From: a virus
Direction: 5' to 3' (one strand)
DNA: 61,983 bases
Virus record (IMG/VR): IMGVR_UViG_3300045004_000088
Location: 192,001 to 253,983 of that record
In this document: piece after piece, positions 36,019 to 45,693 of the stretch
How positions within the stretch are numbered: position 1 is the stretch's first letter
How the letters are laid out: every line of letters begins with the position of its first letter
Program-made: the position numbers and the translations under genes
Notes under the pieces: generated by a model
What the model was told of the DNA's origin: nothing
Databases searched by the model: none
The model's input: the letters and a program-made list of their open reading frames with translations, nothing else

Positions 36019-36747
36019 ATGGGTTACGAAATTGTGTATTCTTACCACGAGAGATTGGATGAAGGTGGCTACAACAAGGACGAGACGAAGTCCATGAAGA
36101 AGCGGGTCGGCGACCCGTTCGAGGACGTTTGTCTGGACAAGTGCGCTGGAGCGATCCTCGCACAGTTGGCCCGCCGCGACATCTGGGTCACCGATGTCGA
36201 GGTCTACGAACTCTCGAAGAAGAAGATCACCTTCCGCGAGGCCAAAGGCGGGTCGGTGGTTTTGAAAAACAAGAAGTATCAGATGGACGGCAGTGCCGGC
36301 ATCGTCAGTCAAGAGATCACCGAAGCCCCACCTCAGCAGGCACTTCAGCCGGTTATGGCCCATGAAACCCCCGGCATCGTCCCGTCAGCCGGCAGCGGGT
36401 ATCAGCCGCACAATCGTGGCGTACTGAAGCCCATCAAATGGGTCGTGTTCCAGCCGTCTTATCAGACCGAGGGCCAACGCGAGAAAGTGAAACTGTTACA
36501 ATTCACTATCGACAAAAGGTATCCGGTGTTCGCGGAACAACTGCAACAAAACGGCGTCGGCATGGCTTACAAGACGTTGGACGACAAGAACCGCGAGATT
36601 CTTGTTTCCGATGAGTATTTCATTCCGGCCGACGCTCAGTTGGTGGCAGACCGGGAACTCCGATTCAGCGAAACACCGGCCCAACGCGACGGTGGCAACC
36701 TGACTTACGGCGGCTACCGCGAAGACAACATGCCGAAACTGAGGTGA
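36019..36747 (+). CDS. hypothetical protein (242 aa)
   Basis: Internal ATG after GGGGTG RBS, 1 nt after the previous stop. Confidence 0.5.
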   Translation: MGYEIVYSYHERLDEGGYNKDETKSMKKRVGDPFEDVCLDKCAGAILAQLARRDIWVTDVEVYELSKKKITFREAKGGSVVLKNKKYQMDGSAGIVSQEITEAPPQQALQPVMAHETPGIVPSAGSGYQPHNRGVLKPIKWVVFQPSYQTEGQREKVKLLQFTIDKRYPVFAEQLQQNGVGMAYKTLDDKNREILVSDEYFIPADAQLVADRELRFSETPAQRDGGNLTYGGYREDNMPKLR

Positions 36748-36750
36748 CAA

Positions 36751-37221
36751 ATGCCGATGACTCAGCACAAAATCAAGAAGAAGAAGCAACGCGAGAAGGA
36801 AGTCCGCAAGACCATCCTGCGGCGGCGCGAGGCCATCCGCCGCCACCGGAAGGAACAGGCCGCTCAAGAAGCGGCAATGGAGAAGGAATACTTCGAGCGA
36901 CGTGGCGACCCGACCCTGACGGAAGAACAGCGGAACAAGCTGCTTGAGAATATGACCGGAAAGTCTGTGAAACGACTCACGCCCGAAGAACGTCAGGAGC
37001 GGGACGACCTGATCGTCGGCAAGCTCAAAAACAACATCGCCATGCTTGAAGAGATGGAGAAACAGTACCTCGCGGAGCAAGAGGCCAGAAAGAAGACAAA
37101 CGAGTTGCTCGAAGACGAAGGGGCGGTTACTCTTCAAGAAAAGGTAAGGCTGCTGGAAGACAAGGCGAAAGCTCAGATGGCAGCCCACCCCGACCGGGTA
37201 CACTTGATAACGGAGGTCTGA
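36751..37221 (+). CDS. charged coiled-coil protein (156 aa)
   Basis: ORF in the array. Confidence 0.5.
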   Translation: MPMTQHKIKKKKQREKEVRKTILRRREAIRRHRKEQAAQEAAMEKEYFERRGDPTLTEEQRNKLLENMTGKSVKRLTPEERQERDDLIVGKLKNNIAMLEEMEKQYLAEQEARKKTNELLEDEGAVTLQEKVRLLEDKAKAQMAAHPDRVHLITEV

Positions 37222-37222
37222 C

Positions 37223-37510
37223 ATGTTCGGATGGCTAAGAAAGTGGTGGCACGACGGTCAAATCCCAGAACCGCCGGCCGATGATCTGCTCGACTTCCCC
37301 GGAGAAGAAGAATGGGTCTTCGACTTCGACGCATGGAAGTGGCGGGCGCAAGAGATCCCGCACAACCCATACGCGGAAGACGACGAGGACGACGGCGAAG
37401 AAGTGACAGAACTGGACGTGGTGAAACCCGAACTTCAGGTCGGGGTACACGAGAGTGTCCCCGAAAGTCGGTGCTGCGGCGGTCAGTGCAAACTCAATCA
37501 ACCACAGTGA
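37223..37510 (+). CDS. hypothetical acidic protein (95 aa)
   Basis: ORF followed by a strong terminator. Confidence 0.45.
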   Translation: MFGWLRKWWHDGQIPEPPADDLLDFPGEEEWVFDFDAWKWRAQEIPHNPYAEDDEDDGEEVTELDVVKPELQVGVHESVPESRCCGGQCKLNQPQ

Positions 37511-37526
37511 TCAGAATCAACAAAAA

Positions 37527-37565
37527 AGTCCCGGCGAGAAAAGTCGGGACTTTTTTGTTTTTGGC
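37527..37565 (+). terminator. rho-independent terminator AGTCCCGGC-GAGAAAA-GTCGGGACT followed by TTTTTTGTTTTT
   Basis: 9-bp stem and long T-tract. Confidence 0.8.
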
Positions 37566-37674
37566 CTTTACACTTCAGGGGTCACGGACGATACTTGATT
37601 TTGTCATGGAGACATGATGGCCTGTCAACGAGACGGGTCAACCGACAAACACCGACCACTACAGGGAGCCAATC

Positions 37675-38736
37675 ATGGCCAAGCTCGAATTTGAAGCCCT
37701 CGACATGAACGAGATCGGGGCAGAAGCGGCCCGCGCGAACGCGGACCCGAAGGCGAAGAAGAACAACGGCAACTACTTCATCATGGACAAGGACGGGTTC
37801 TGCATCATGCGGTTCCTGCCCAAGCTCAAGGGCGGCACCTTCTGTCAGGCGAGCCGTATCCACGCACTCAAGTCCGGCCAGAACAAGCGTCAATTCCACT
37901 GCACCCGCGTCCGCACCGTGAAGCCGGACGGCCGCACCGTCTGGATGCCGCCGACCGATGGCACCCCGGACTGCTGCATCTGCCGGATGTACAACCGCCT
38001 GTACCAGAAGCACGACAACGCGGTCGGCAAGGAAAAGGAAGCCCTCAAGAAGCAGGCACTCGAACTGCGGCCCTACGAGCGGTACTACTTCAACATCATC
38101 GTTCGGGAGTACCTCGACCCGAACACCAAGAAGATCGTCCAGAACGCCGGCCCGCTCATCCTGAGCGTCGGCAAGGAACTGTACGCCAAGATCTACACCG
38201 CGATGGTCGGTGACGCGAAGCACGGCGTCCGCAAGCTCGGCGACATCAGCAACCCGGTCAGCGGCCGTGAGTTCCGCTACGTCAAGAAGACGACCACGGG
38301 TTCGGGTGGAATGACCTACCCGACCTACGATCTCTCGACGTTCGAGGATCAAGCTCCTCTGGGGACGGACGACGAGATCCAAGACTGGCTCTCGAAGCTC
38401 CATAACCTCCCGGCACTCCGCAAGCTGTCGGACGAGGAGTCGATGAAGAAGGGTCTGAAGGTTCATCTCGGCCTGCTCCCGCCGAACGGGAACGAAGACG
38501 ACTTCGACTACAGCGAGTTCGAGGGCGGTGGTGGCGGTGGCGACGACGGTGACGTGGTGGCGGAACACAGTCACAGCAATCAGAAGACCGTGGCGCGTGA
38601 GGAGCCGGCCCCGGCGAAGAAGCCGCTCGTGAAACAAGAAAAGGTCGAGAAGAAGCCGGCCCCGGCTGCGGCTCCGCTCGATCTCGCGGCCGACCCGGAC
38701 TTCGCGGCCGAACTGGACAAGCTGGACAACGAGTGA
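37675..38736 (+). CDS. gp32-like single-stranded DNA-binding protein
   Basis: IMRFLPKLKGG resembles T4 gp32 VIRFLPSKND; Zn ligands H/C..CC.C; acidic Gly/Asp-rich C-terminal tail; RBS GGGAG. Confidence 0.7.
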   Translation: MAKLEFEALDMNEIGAEAARANADPKAKKNNGNYFIMDKDGFCIMRFLPKLKGGTFCQASRIHALKSGQNKRQFHCTRVRTVKPDGRTVWMPPTDGTPDCCICRMYNRLYQKHDNAVGKEKEALKKQALELRPYERYYFNIIVREYLDPNTKKIVQNAGPLILSVGKELYAKIYTAMVGDAKHGVRKLGDISNPVSGREFRYVKKTTTGSGGMTYPTYDLSTFEDQAPLGTDDEIQDWLSKLHNLPALRKLSDEESMKKGLKVHLGLLPPNGNEDDFDYSEFEGGGGGGDDGDVVAEHSHSNQKTVAREEPAPAKKPLVKQEKVEKKPAPAAAPLDLAADPDFAAELDKLDNE

Positions 38737-38797
38737 CAATGGTCGGCACCGGGTCGAAGATCGACCCGGTGTGCGAAAGAATGAAAGCGTGAATGTC

Positions 38798-38835
38798 AAC
38801 CCACGACGGGTAGGCACTCTTAGGAGTGCCTACCC
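38798..38835 (+). terminator. rho-independent terminator GGGTAGGCACTC-TTAG-GAGTGCCTACCC followed by TCTTTTTTT
   Basis: 12-bp stem and T7. A hairpin CCGGGTCGA-AGA-TCGACCCGG sits just upstream at 38750-38770. Confidence 0.8.
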
Positions 38836-38874
38836 GTCTTTTTTTCGTACACACACACATCATTCAGGTGCAAC

Positions 38875-40119
38875 ATGGCTAAGAGCAAGAAGAAGATCGC
38901 CCCGGACGCTCTCACCGATCTGTACGCGGACATCGCGAAAGACACCAACGGCGAGATCATCGATGATCTGGAAAACGTCAACTACTACATCGACAGCGGG
39001 AGCCTCGCCCTGAACTATTCGTGTTCGGGTCGGTTCATGGGCGGCGGTATTCCGGGCGGGCGGCTGACGGAAATCTACGGCCCGTCCAGTTCGTCCAAGT
39101 CGCTGATCGGCTCGAACCTGCTGTTCGCGGCCCAACGCGCGGGCGGCGTGGCCGTTCTGCTCGACGTGGAGAACGCCGTCAACAAAGAGTTCATGAAGAA
39201 GGCGTCCCACCTGAATACGAAGCAGGTGCTGCGGTACACCCCGCCGACGCTGGAGAAGTGTTTCGCCAAGATGTACAACGTCATCTCGGTGATCCGCAAG
39301 CGGGACAAAAACGTTCCCATCGTCATCATCTACGACTCGCTCACGTCCAGCCCGTGCGAGCGGGAACTGCGTGAGATCCAACTGCCCGAAAACTACACCG
39401 AGGCAGAGTTCAAGCGGATCGTCAAGGCCCACCGTCAGCCGGGCGAACACGCGAAGGCGTGCAGCCAAGAGCTTCGCAAGCTCAACACGGTCATGGAAGA
39501 GAACAACGCCACGGTCGTGATCCTCAATCAGACCCGTGACAAGATCGGCGTCATGTACGGCAACCCGGAACAGTCCGGTGCAGGCGGCAACTCGCTCCCG
39601 TTCTACGCGAGCTTGCGGCTCCGTCCGCAAACGCAGAAGAAGATCGAGTACACGCTCGTCGGCAAGAAGAAGAAGTGCGTCGGCGTTAACGTGAAGTACC
39701 GTAACGTCAAGAACCGGAGCTACCGACCGTTCGTGGAGGTCGAAGGCATTCAACTGACCTTCGAGAAGGGCATCAACCCGATTTCGGGCCTGATGCTCGC
39801 CCTGCTCGACGCCGGCCGCATCCAGATCGACGGCAAACGGTATCGCGTCAAGGACCAGTGGAAGCCGGAAGGCGAAGAGGTCACTTTCCAGACCACGCTG
39901 GACGCGAACGAGGTTCCGCTCGAAGTCCTGCTGAAGTGTCCGCAACTGATCGACGCCGACAGCAAGGAACAGATCGAGGAGTACCTCGCGCCGTTCATGG
40001 AAGCCGTCCGCTACCTGAAGGAAGACGGCGTCACCGAGACGAAGGTTTCGGAGAACGACGACGACGAGGAGAACATCGAGGAAGAAATCGAGAAGGCTCT
40101 GGAAGAAGAGGAAAAGTGA
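38875..40119 (+). CDS. UvsX/RecA-family recombinase
   Basis: Walker A GPSSSSKS, LNQTRDKIGVMYGNPE, acidic C-terminal tail. Confidence 0.9.
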   Translation: MAKSKKKIAPDALTDLYADIAKDTNGEIIDDLENVNYYIDSGSLALNYSCSGRFMGGGIPGGRLTEIYGPSSSSKSLIGSNLLFAAQRAGGVAVLLDVENAVNKEFMKKASHLNTKQVLRYTPPTLEKCFAKMYNVISVIRKRDKNVPIVIIYDSLTSSPCERELREIQLPENYTEAEFKRIVKAHRQPGEHAKACSQELRKLNTVMEENNATVVILNQTRDKIGVMYGNPEQSGAGGNSLPFYASLRLRPQTQKKIEYTLVGKKKKCVGVNVKYRNVKNRSYRPFVEVEGIQLTFEKGINPISGLMLALLDAGRIQIDGKRYRVKDQWKPEGEEVTFQTTLDANEVPLEVLLKCPQLIDADSKEQIEEYLAPFMEAVRYLKEDGVTETKVSENDDDEENIEEEIEKALEEEEK

Positions 40120-40337
40120 AAGAGTACAAGCTGCCGGAGAACATCGAAGCTCTCCAGCCCCATGAACTGAAAAAACATGCACTCGGCCGTGCCGAGTGCA
40201 TAGTCGCGAACACGCAAGGCGACAGTTGGGATGACCCCGAAGATTGGATGATCGAGGCCGTCGAACCCGCCCACGTCGTTTACAGGTTACTGTCTTCGGA
40301 CGGGCCGAGCGGTCCAGACAAGAACACGTCCGGCTGA
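40116..40337 (+). CDS. hypothetical protein (73 aa)
   Basis: GTG start overlapping the recombinase stop. Confidence 0.3.
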   Translation: MKEYKLPENIEALQPHELKKHALGRAECIVANTQGDSWDDPEDWMIEAVEPAHVVYRLLSSDGPSGPDKNTSG

Positions 40338-40786
40338 AGGATGGCCGCTCCAAACATCGTCTGCTGCGATCCAAAGTCCGCACACCAGTAGATCATGCCG
40401 TTCGCCTGCGCCATACCGAAACCGACATCGCGGTAACTGGCCTTCAGGATGTTGGTGCGGTGTCCCGGCGAGTTCATCCACGCTTTGAAGACCGCTGCGG
40501 GCGTCGGCTGCCCCATCGCGATGTTCTCGCCTGCCGAACAGAAGTGGTAGCCCTCTTTGTAGAGTCGTTGGGTGAACGGCGAGCCGAACTCTTCGTGGCT
40601 CAGTTTGCGGTTGATCGCCATCCACTCTGCGTGCTTTTGCGCCGCACGACAGAGTGCGGAGTTGAGGACCAAAGACTTCTTACGGTCTTTGGTCCTTTCT
40701 TTGTTGTGCAAGTCACGGAGAGCGACCGCCTCCGGTGCGAAGTTCTCACGCTGCGAGCCGAACAAGGTCATTAGCCACTGAAACAT
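40280..40786 (-). CDS. CAP (SCP/PR-1) domain protein
   Basis: HNKER (CAP3), NSPGHRTNIL...GFG (CAP1-like), YWCADFG (CAP4). Confidence 0.6.
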   Translation of the reverse strand: MFQWLMTLFGSQRENFAPEAVALRDLHNKERTKDRKKSLVLNSALCRAAQKHAEWMAINRKLSHEEFGSPFTQRLYKEGYHFCSAGENIAMGQPTPAAVFKAWMNSPGHRTNILKASYRDVGFGMAQANGMIYWCADFGSQQTMFGAAILQPDVFLSGPLGPSEDSNL

Positions 40787-41462
40787 TTTGCCCCTTATGA
40801 ATTGCTGAGGTGAAGCCGACGACGCTCATCCGCAGGTGGTCCCCGGCGGCTTGGTCGATGCGGTTCACCATGTGACAGATACCGGATTTCATCAGCACCA
40901 GTCTGTTGGGTTTCGGGACGATCATGTGTCCCACACCGAACGCGCTGATGAATGCGTCCAGTTGGCTGTGGTCGATTGACGGGTTCACCTCATAATCGAC
41001 CTTCGGCATCATGTCTGTTGGCGGGGTATTCGCGACCAAAAGCTCACCGCCCCAATGCGGACTCCAACGCGGGTGGCAGTAGAAGGTCATTGCGGCGGTG
41101 TAGTCGCCGCCGTCGCCGTGCCAACTGAGCCTGGACCCGGCCGGGTAGATGTACATCGTCAGTATCAACGAGTGCCAGTCCACGCCGCGAACCCCGCAGA
41201 TCTCCGGGTGTTGTTCGCACTCGTGCAACATCACGTCGTGGAGTTCGCTGAGGGCCGTGTCGTTCGGGAAATTGACGGTGTACATCGAGCTACTCTCGCG
41301 CAAGATCTCCCCGTCGCCCGGCCTCCAAACTTTTTCCCAGTTGGTGTTGTGCTGACGCTTGAAGCTCTTGTTCGAGAACTCGACCATCAGCCGGCCGAAC
41401 TGATCGCTTTCGAGGACGTTGTCCCAGACGACCATGCTCTTGTTGGAGATGACTTCCCTCAT
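40746..41462 (-). CDS. 2OG-Fe(II) oxygenase (prolyl-hydroxylase-like)
   Basis: SWHGDGG (HxD) ...HWGGELLV; ATGA-coupled to the upstream gene. Confidence 0.55.
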   Translation of the reverse strand: MREVISNKSMVVWDNVLESDQFGRLMVEFSNKSFKRQHNTNWEKVWRPGDGEILRESSSMYTVNFPNDTALSELHDVMLHECEQHPEICGVRGVDWHSLILTMYIYPAGSRLSWHGDGGDYTAAMTFYCHPRWSPHWGGELLVANTPPTDMMPKVDYEVNPSIDHSQLDAFISAFGVGHMIVPKPNRLVLMKSGICHMVNRIDQAAGDHLRMSVVGFTSAIHKGQNVSVANDLVRLAA

Positions 41463-41935
41463 CTTGGTCTGCACTGATAGATTCCGTGTCCGACCCGACG
41501 AATCCGGTTCCCCGCCGCCGTCAGTTCCCGGCGGATAGATGCGTAGTGGTTGCTGATCGTGCATGTTTTGAGTCCGTATTTGTTGAAGTGCCGTCTGATC
41601 ATCATCAGAGAAAGCGGCTTGCCTTTTAGGAGTTGGTCCTTGATGAACCGGCGGATCAACGCCGCCAACCTCTGTTCATCTTTCCTCTTGCTCGCCTTCT
41701 CGACGGCCGGGATGTGTTGTTTGACTATCTCGTACTCGACGGAACTGTCGATTCCGTCCCCTTCACAAAGCTCACCGGCGAGTTCGGGTAGCTCACAGAG
41801 TTGCATCGGCTTCGGCATTTCGATTGTGAAAAGCTTGCCGCCGAAGGTGTTCGCGTACTCGATTAGAAGGGGATAATTCTTCAGATCTGTCAGGAACTCA
41901 CGTTTCTCTGGTGTGCGGATCAAAAGACATTTCAT
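41459..41935 (-). CDS. hypothetical protein, possible winged-helix (158 aa)
   Basis: Minus ORF coupled to the oxygenase. Confidence 0.45.
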   Translation of the reverse strand: MKCLLIRTPEKREFLTDLKNYPLLIEYANTFGGKLFTIEMPKPMQLCELPELAGELCEGDGIDSSVEYEIVKQHIPAVEKASKRKDEQRLAALIRRFIKDQLLKGKPLSLMMIRRHFNKYGLKTCTISNHYASIRRELTAAGNRIRRVGHGIYQCRPR

Positions 41936-41973
41936 GTGGCCTCCAATTTGTTCATTTGATTCTAGTCGTTAGA

Positions 41974-42960
41974 ATGACGGGAGATGCCAAAACGGAGGAA
42001 GTCGTGAGATTTGACTATTGCCGAAGGTTCGGTTCGGAAATCGAGGTAAACGCATTCGACGGCCAAAGTTCGCCGGCCCAAGAAGGTGTGCAACCCGATG
42101 GCATCCAGCACGTCGCACAGATCGTGGCGACGGCGACCCGTGGTCGGTGCGAAATATACACTTGGCTGGCCGGTCAAAAGGCGACCGACTTCAACACGAT
42201 CTGGATGTTGAAGCCGGACGGCAGTTGCGGGATGGAGATTTGCAGCCCGGTCAGCAAAGGGCTGTACGGCATCAATCAAGGGGCCAGGGTCATAACGGCG
42301 CTTAGGGACTCACGGATCGTTCAGGCCGACTCGCGGTGTTCCTTGCACATTCACGTCGATGTTTCGGACCTGACGACGGAGCAAGTTGCTGCGGTTTTGG
42401 CGCATTGGGTCAAGTGCGAGTACACGATGCTTCTCGCCATGCCCGACCACCGCAAGAAGAACCGATACTGCCAGCCCATTGGCATGTCTGATCTTTTGCG
42501 GGCGGATTCGATCATGTCGCCGGATTCGATCATTACTTGGCTCGGAATGTACAAATACTACACGGCCAACGCTTTCCACTACAAGAACGGCAAACGCCCG
42601 ACACTCGAATTCAGGATCGCCGACGAGGAAGCGTGTAAGAACCCCGAATACTACCGCAACTGGCACAAGCTCGTCCTTCACCTCGTTGAGACGGCTGTGG
42701 CGAGCGGGATGCCAAAAACGTACAACAAAGACGACCCGACCAGCGGGTATTCGTGGTTGACGCCGTCCGAAGTGATGCGGTTCTTGAATTTTGAAGGGGC
42801 GGTTGACTTGTGTGACGAGTTGAAGGAAACTTGTACTTGGTTCAAATCCCGTGTTTTGAAGTACGCCCAGAGCAGTCTCGGCGGGATTTGGGACGCGAAG
42901 GTGTACCAGAGTGCCAGCAAGGGGTGCCAAGATGCTTTTGTACAAAAGTCAGCCGCTTGA
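41974..42960 (+). CDS. putative amidoligase (Amidoligase_2/GCS2-like carboxylate-amine ligase)
   Basis: N-terminal FGSEIEVNAF, LKPDGSCGMEICSPV, ...SLHIHVD pattern. Confidence 0.5.
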   Translation: MTGDAKTEEVVRFDYCRRFGSEIEVNAFDGQSSPAQEGVQPDGIQHVAQIVATATRGRCEIYTWLAGQKATDFNTIWMLKPDGSCGMEICSPVSKGLYGINQGARVITALRDSRIVQADSRCSLHIHVDVSDLTTEQVAAVLAHWVKCEYTMLLAMPDHRKKNRYCQPIGMSDLLRADSIMSPDSIITWLGMYKYYTANAFHYKNGKRPTLEFRIADEEACKNPEYYRNWHKLVLHLVETAVASGMPKTYNKDDPTSGYSWLTPSEVMRFLNFEGAVDLCDELKETCTWFKSRVLKYAQSSLGGIWDAKVYQSASKGCQDAFVQKSAA

Positions 42961-43396
42961 GGACTCGATCCGGCAGATGAAAAGCATGGGGGACTTTCTC
43001 TTGCCGTTCACCTACCCGGCCGCTCCCAAGTCCGATTCGGGCGACCTCGCCTTCTTCAAACTCAACCAGTTGACGGTTGACGGGTACGAGTTGTACCTCA
43101 ACTTCAACAAAGGCGATTACGGCGAATACTTCATCCAGTCGGTGGAGATCATCAACCGGAACGCACCGTTCCTGCCGTTTTTTCTGGTGTGCAAGCTAGG
43201 CAAGGCGTTCTTCGGCGATAAACACCTGTGCTACATCGATTTCTGGCGAGACAACAGGAAGCACTACTGCTGGACGTGCGCCGCGAACGTGGACGGCGAG
43301 GTGATCGACCCGCCGTTCAAGGTGGAGTTGGACGAGGCTATTTACGAGGGACTAGAATACAACGTGTTCCCCAAAGGCGGGATCGACTTCCACTAA
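42932..43396 (+). CDS. hypothetical protein (154 aa)
   Basis: Internal ATG after AAGGGGTG RBS. Confidence 0.4.
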   Translation: MLLYKSQPLEDSIRQMKSMGDFLLPFTYPAAPKSDSGDLAFFKLNQLTVDGYELYLNFNKGDYGEYFIQSVEIINRNAPFLPFFLVCKLGKAFFGDKHLCYIDFWRDNRKHYCWTCAANVDGEVIDPPFKVELDEAIYEGLEYNVFPKGGIDFH

Positions 43397-43410
43397 CCAG
43401 CAGAGGCAAT

Positions 43411-44040
43411 ATGGGATTGGGCAAGAACGTATGGCTCGCACGCGCGGACAGCAAGAAGGTCGTCAAGTTCAAGGGCAAGTTTCAAGAGGCCGGCACCGTC
43501 AACATCAACAAGAGGTGTTACCCGAAGATGACGGTGGAGGAACTCAAGGCGGGTGCGGTATACACCGAACACGTCAACAAAGATCCGGTTGCGGAACGGT
43601 TCCTGCCTCTTGCGGCAGACGAAGACGGATTCTTTCCTCGGCGAGTTCTGGAAAAGTCGGAAGAACTCAACCTCGATCTCGACGCGGTCAAGGTTTCACA
43701 CGGTGTCAGCAAAGCATACGACAAGATGAAGCTGGCAGAAGATGCCGCCTTTCTCTACGGCTGGACCACGGAACAGAAGCAAAAAAAGCTCGAAGAACTC
43801 AAGCTTGAAGTGATGGCGGCGAATCCGTCATACTTGGGCGTACCAGCCAGCGAGTTGGTCGGTCAAGGTCTGTTCGTGTCGGGCGGGACAGTTACCATCG
43901 CGGCCGACCAACCGGCTCAGGGGTTCACGATCAGCAGCGGTTTTCACCATGACGGCACCGTTAGTATGAACTCGGTCACGTTCGCTTCCGCCCCGACAGT
44001 CCAGCCCGGCAACGTCACAATCACAGGAATATGCCCGTGA
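43411..44040 (+). CDS. hypothetical protein (209 aa)
   Basis: Internal ATG with GAGG RBS. Confidence 0.5.
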   Translation: MGLGKNVWLARADSKKVVKFKGKFQEAGTVNINKRCYPKMTVEELKAGAVYTEHVNKDPVAERFLPLAADEDGFFPRRVLEKSEELNLDLDAVKVSHGVSKAYDKMKLAEDAAFLYGWTTEQKQKKLEELKLEVMAANPSYLGVPASELVGQGLFVSGGTVTIAADQPAQGFTISSGFHHDGTVSMNSVTFASAPTVQPGNVTITGICP

Positions 44041-44177
44041 GTTCAATCTTCTGGATTTTCTTTCTACTGATCTACGACGGGACTTGGAAAGAGAGATTGG
44101 GGGCTATCGGCTGCTTAGGTGGGGCGGTCGCACTACTCGGATTGGCTGGATACGGATTGTACCGCCTTTGTGTTTGA
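44037..44177 (+). CDS. small two-TM membrane protein (46 aa, below cutoff)
   Basis: GTG start overlapping the previous stop; two hydrophobic helices. Confidence 0.35.
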   Translation: MSSIFWIFFLLIYDGTWKERLGAIGCLGGAVALLGLAGYGLYRLCV

Positions 44178-44183
44178 AAATGA

Positions 44184-44220
44184 CCGAAGGAACCACAGAG
44201 GTGGTTCCTTCGGTTTTTAA
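44184..44220. terminator. bidirectional rho-independent terminator CCGAAGGAACCAC-AGAG-GTGGTTCCTTCGG followed by TTTTT
   Basis: 13-bp stem between convergent genes. Confidence 0.8.
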
Positions 44221-44493
44221 TTCACCCTGATCAGGACCAAACTAGATCCGGCCATAACTTGGCTTGAAGCCGCCACTTCGGAACCGTGCAGCAACTGCAA
44301 CGTACCGGAAACGGTCACGATCATCATTCCTTCGACAATCGACAGCATGTCCGAGTTTGCCGCATCAACGCCCGTCGTCGGTGCGCCGATGATGACGTTC
44401 TTGTTTCTGGTGCCTTGTGCCTCGTAAATGTTACCAGCGGCAGTCGTACTGCTCTGTGACGGCGTGTAGAGATTCGTATTTTGCGTCGTTCAT
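44217..44493 (-). CDS. hypothetical protein (about 91 aa) with an apparent frameshift in an A4 run
   Basis: Strong RBS CAGGAGGT-6-ATG; the ATG frame stops after 20 codons, and the -1 frame continues as a protein-like 88-aa ORF. Confidence 0.4.
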
Positions 44494-44632
44494 GTGCGTA
44501 CCTCCTGCTGGTAAAAGCGCGGAAGAAGTTCGTCTCCGAAATTGCGTTACTGTTTGAAGCTCCACTATATACCTCGTCGCTGCACGGCGGCTCCTCGTAG
44601 CTTAAAACTACGGTTACTAACAGCGAGGCACA

Positions 44633-44932
44633 ATGAGCAAACAGAAAATCCAGTCTCTACTGATCACCCACCTACTTCAGCACGGTCACATCGACCTTCG
44701 TCTTCCAGACGGCATGGTGTTGGAAATCGGGATCGATCAAGAGGGCAATAACGGAATGCTGGAAAAGAAGGACGATTACTGTTGGGTGATTGCCTCGCAG
44801 GGCGACCGAGCTATGACGATGGACTCCTTCAACTTGGGCCTGAAGTTCGCCGACGATGATCAGAGGTTCGTGTTCGATGAAAGGTTCGTGGACAACGGCG
44901 GCGACAAGGTCAGACGCCTGGACGTTGTTTAA
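44633..44932 (+). CDS. hypothetical protein (99 aa)
   Basis: RBS AGCGAGG before the ATG. Confidence 0.5.
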   Translation: MSKQKIQSLLITHLLQHGHIDLRLPDGMVLEIGIDQEGNNGMLEKKDDYCWVIASQGDRAMTMDSFNLGLKFADDDQRFVFDERFVDNGGDKVRRLDVV

Positions 44933-45303
44933 CTGCCGTACAAGTTTCCCGAAGCGGCATCGGCCGTCAGGGAACCGTCGAATCCGAGCCGGGCTTCGAC
45001 CGTGCCGACAGCGATTTTGCTGTCGTAGGGGATGGTGAAATCGATCCAGAGCAAAAAACATCCCGATTTCAGTTGACACCGGCTCACAGTAATTTGCGTA
45101 CCCCTATTGGAGAAGTCGGCGTCGTTGACAACAATGAAACTGGTGTCGAGCCGTGCGCGAACCTCTTTCATCGTCCAAACCAAGAGCTTGGCCGGATTGA
45201 TGAAAGCGGACCATTGAGCTACGAGGATCTCTTCGAGCTTTTCGACACTAATCATGTTGCCCGACGCCGCCGCAACTGTTCGGTGGGGTTGTTTTTGGTT
45301 CAT
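44929..45303 (-). CDS. hypothetical protein (124 aa)
   Basis: Convergent with the previous gene; GGAG RBS. Confidence 0.5.
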   Translation of the reverse strand: MNQKQPHRTVAAASGNMISVEKLEEILVAQWSAFINPAKLLVWTMKEVRARLDTSFIVVNDADFSNRGTQITVSRCQLKSGCFLLWIDFTIPYDSKIAVGTVEARLGFDGSLTADAASGNLYGS

Positions 45304-45332
45304 GATCTTAGGCTCCGTACAGCGGAGGAATT

Positions 45333-45614
45333 ATGGCCGTTGCAGAACACGCTCGCCCCAAGTCGGAAAAAGGGAAGAAGGGCGACTTCCTAAAAGAGTA
45401 CGCGGGCCGTCTGACTGACGAGAACCTGCGTTTTCTTGACACCCGGTTGAAACAGCGTTTCGGAGGTGATCTCGCGGACGCCGTCACATTCCTTTCCTCT
45501 TCGGCCGACATGGATCGTCACCTGTCGAACTTGAAGGGGGCCGACGAATTCTATGACGGTCTTGAAGCAATTCAAAAACAGGTCGAGAAGGAAGCTCGTC
45601 GGCGACACAATTGA
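45333..45614 (+). CDS. hypothetical protein (93 aa)
   Basis: Strong RBS GCGGAGGAATT before the ATG. Confidence 0.5.
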   Translation: MAVAEHARPKSEKGKKGDFLKEYAGRLTDENLRFLDTRLKQRFGGDLADAVTFLSSSADMDRHLSNLKGADEFYDGLEAIQKQVEKEARRRHN

Positions 45615-45693
45615 CAAGTCGGTGCGAGTGTGGCACAATACCCCCTTCGGGTAAGGGTTTTTGTTGCTTTTGCTCGCGCCGTGAGGAGCAGAC

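Noticed and set aside
37582-38817. 411-aa minus-strand ORF
   Set aside because: Antisense to the gp32-like SSB gene and spanning two strong plus-strand terminators. Arg-rich.
38860-40383. 507-aa minus-strand ORF
   Set aside because: Antisense to the UvsX/RecA-like gene, which has unambiguous Walker and RecA motifs. Low-complexity Arg/Leu/Val composition.
41947-41976. TTGTTC-N16-TAGAAT promoter for the amidoligase gene
   Set aside because: The -10 hexamer overlaps the proposed ATG start codon, so it cannot drive a leadered transcript of that ORF. It may be a coincidental match.
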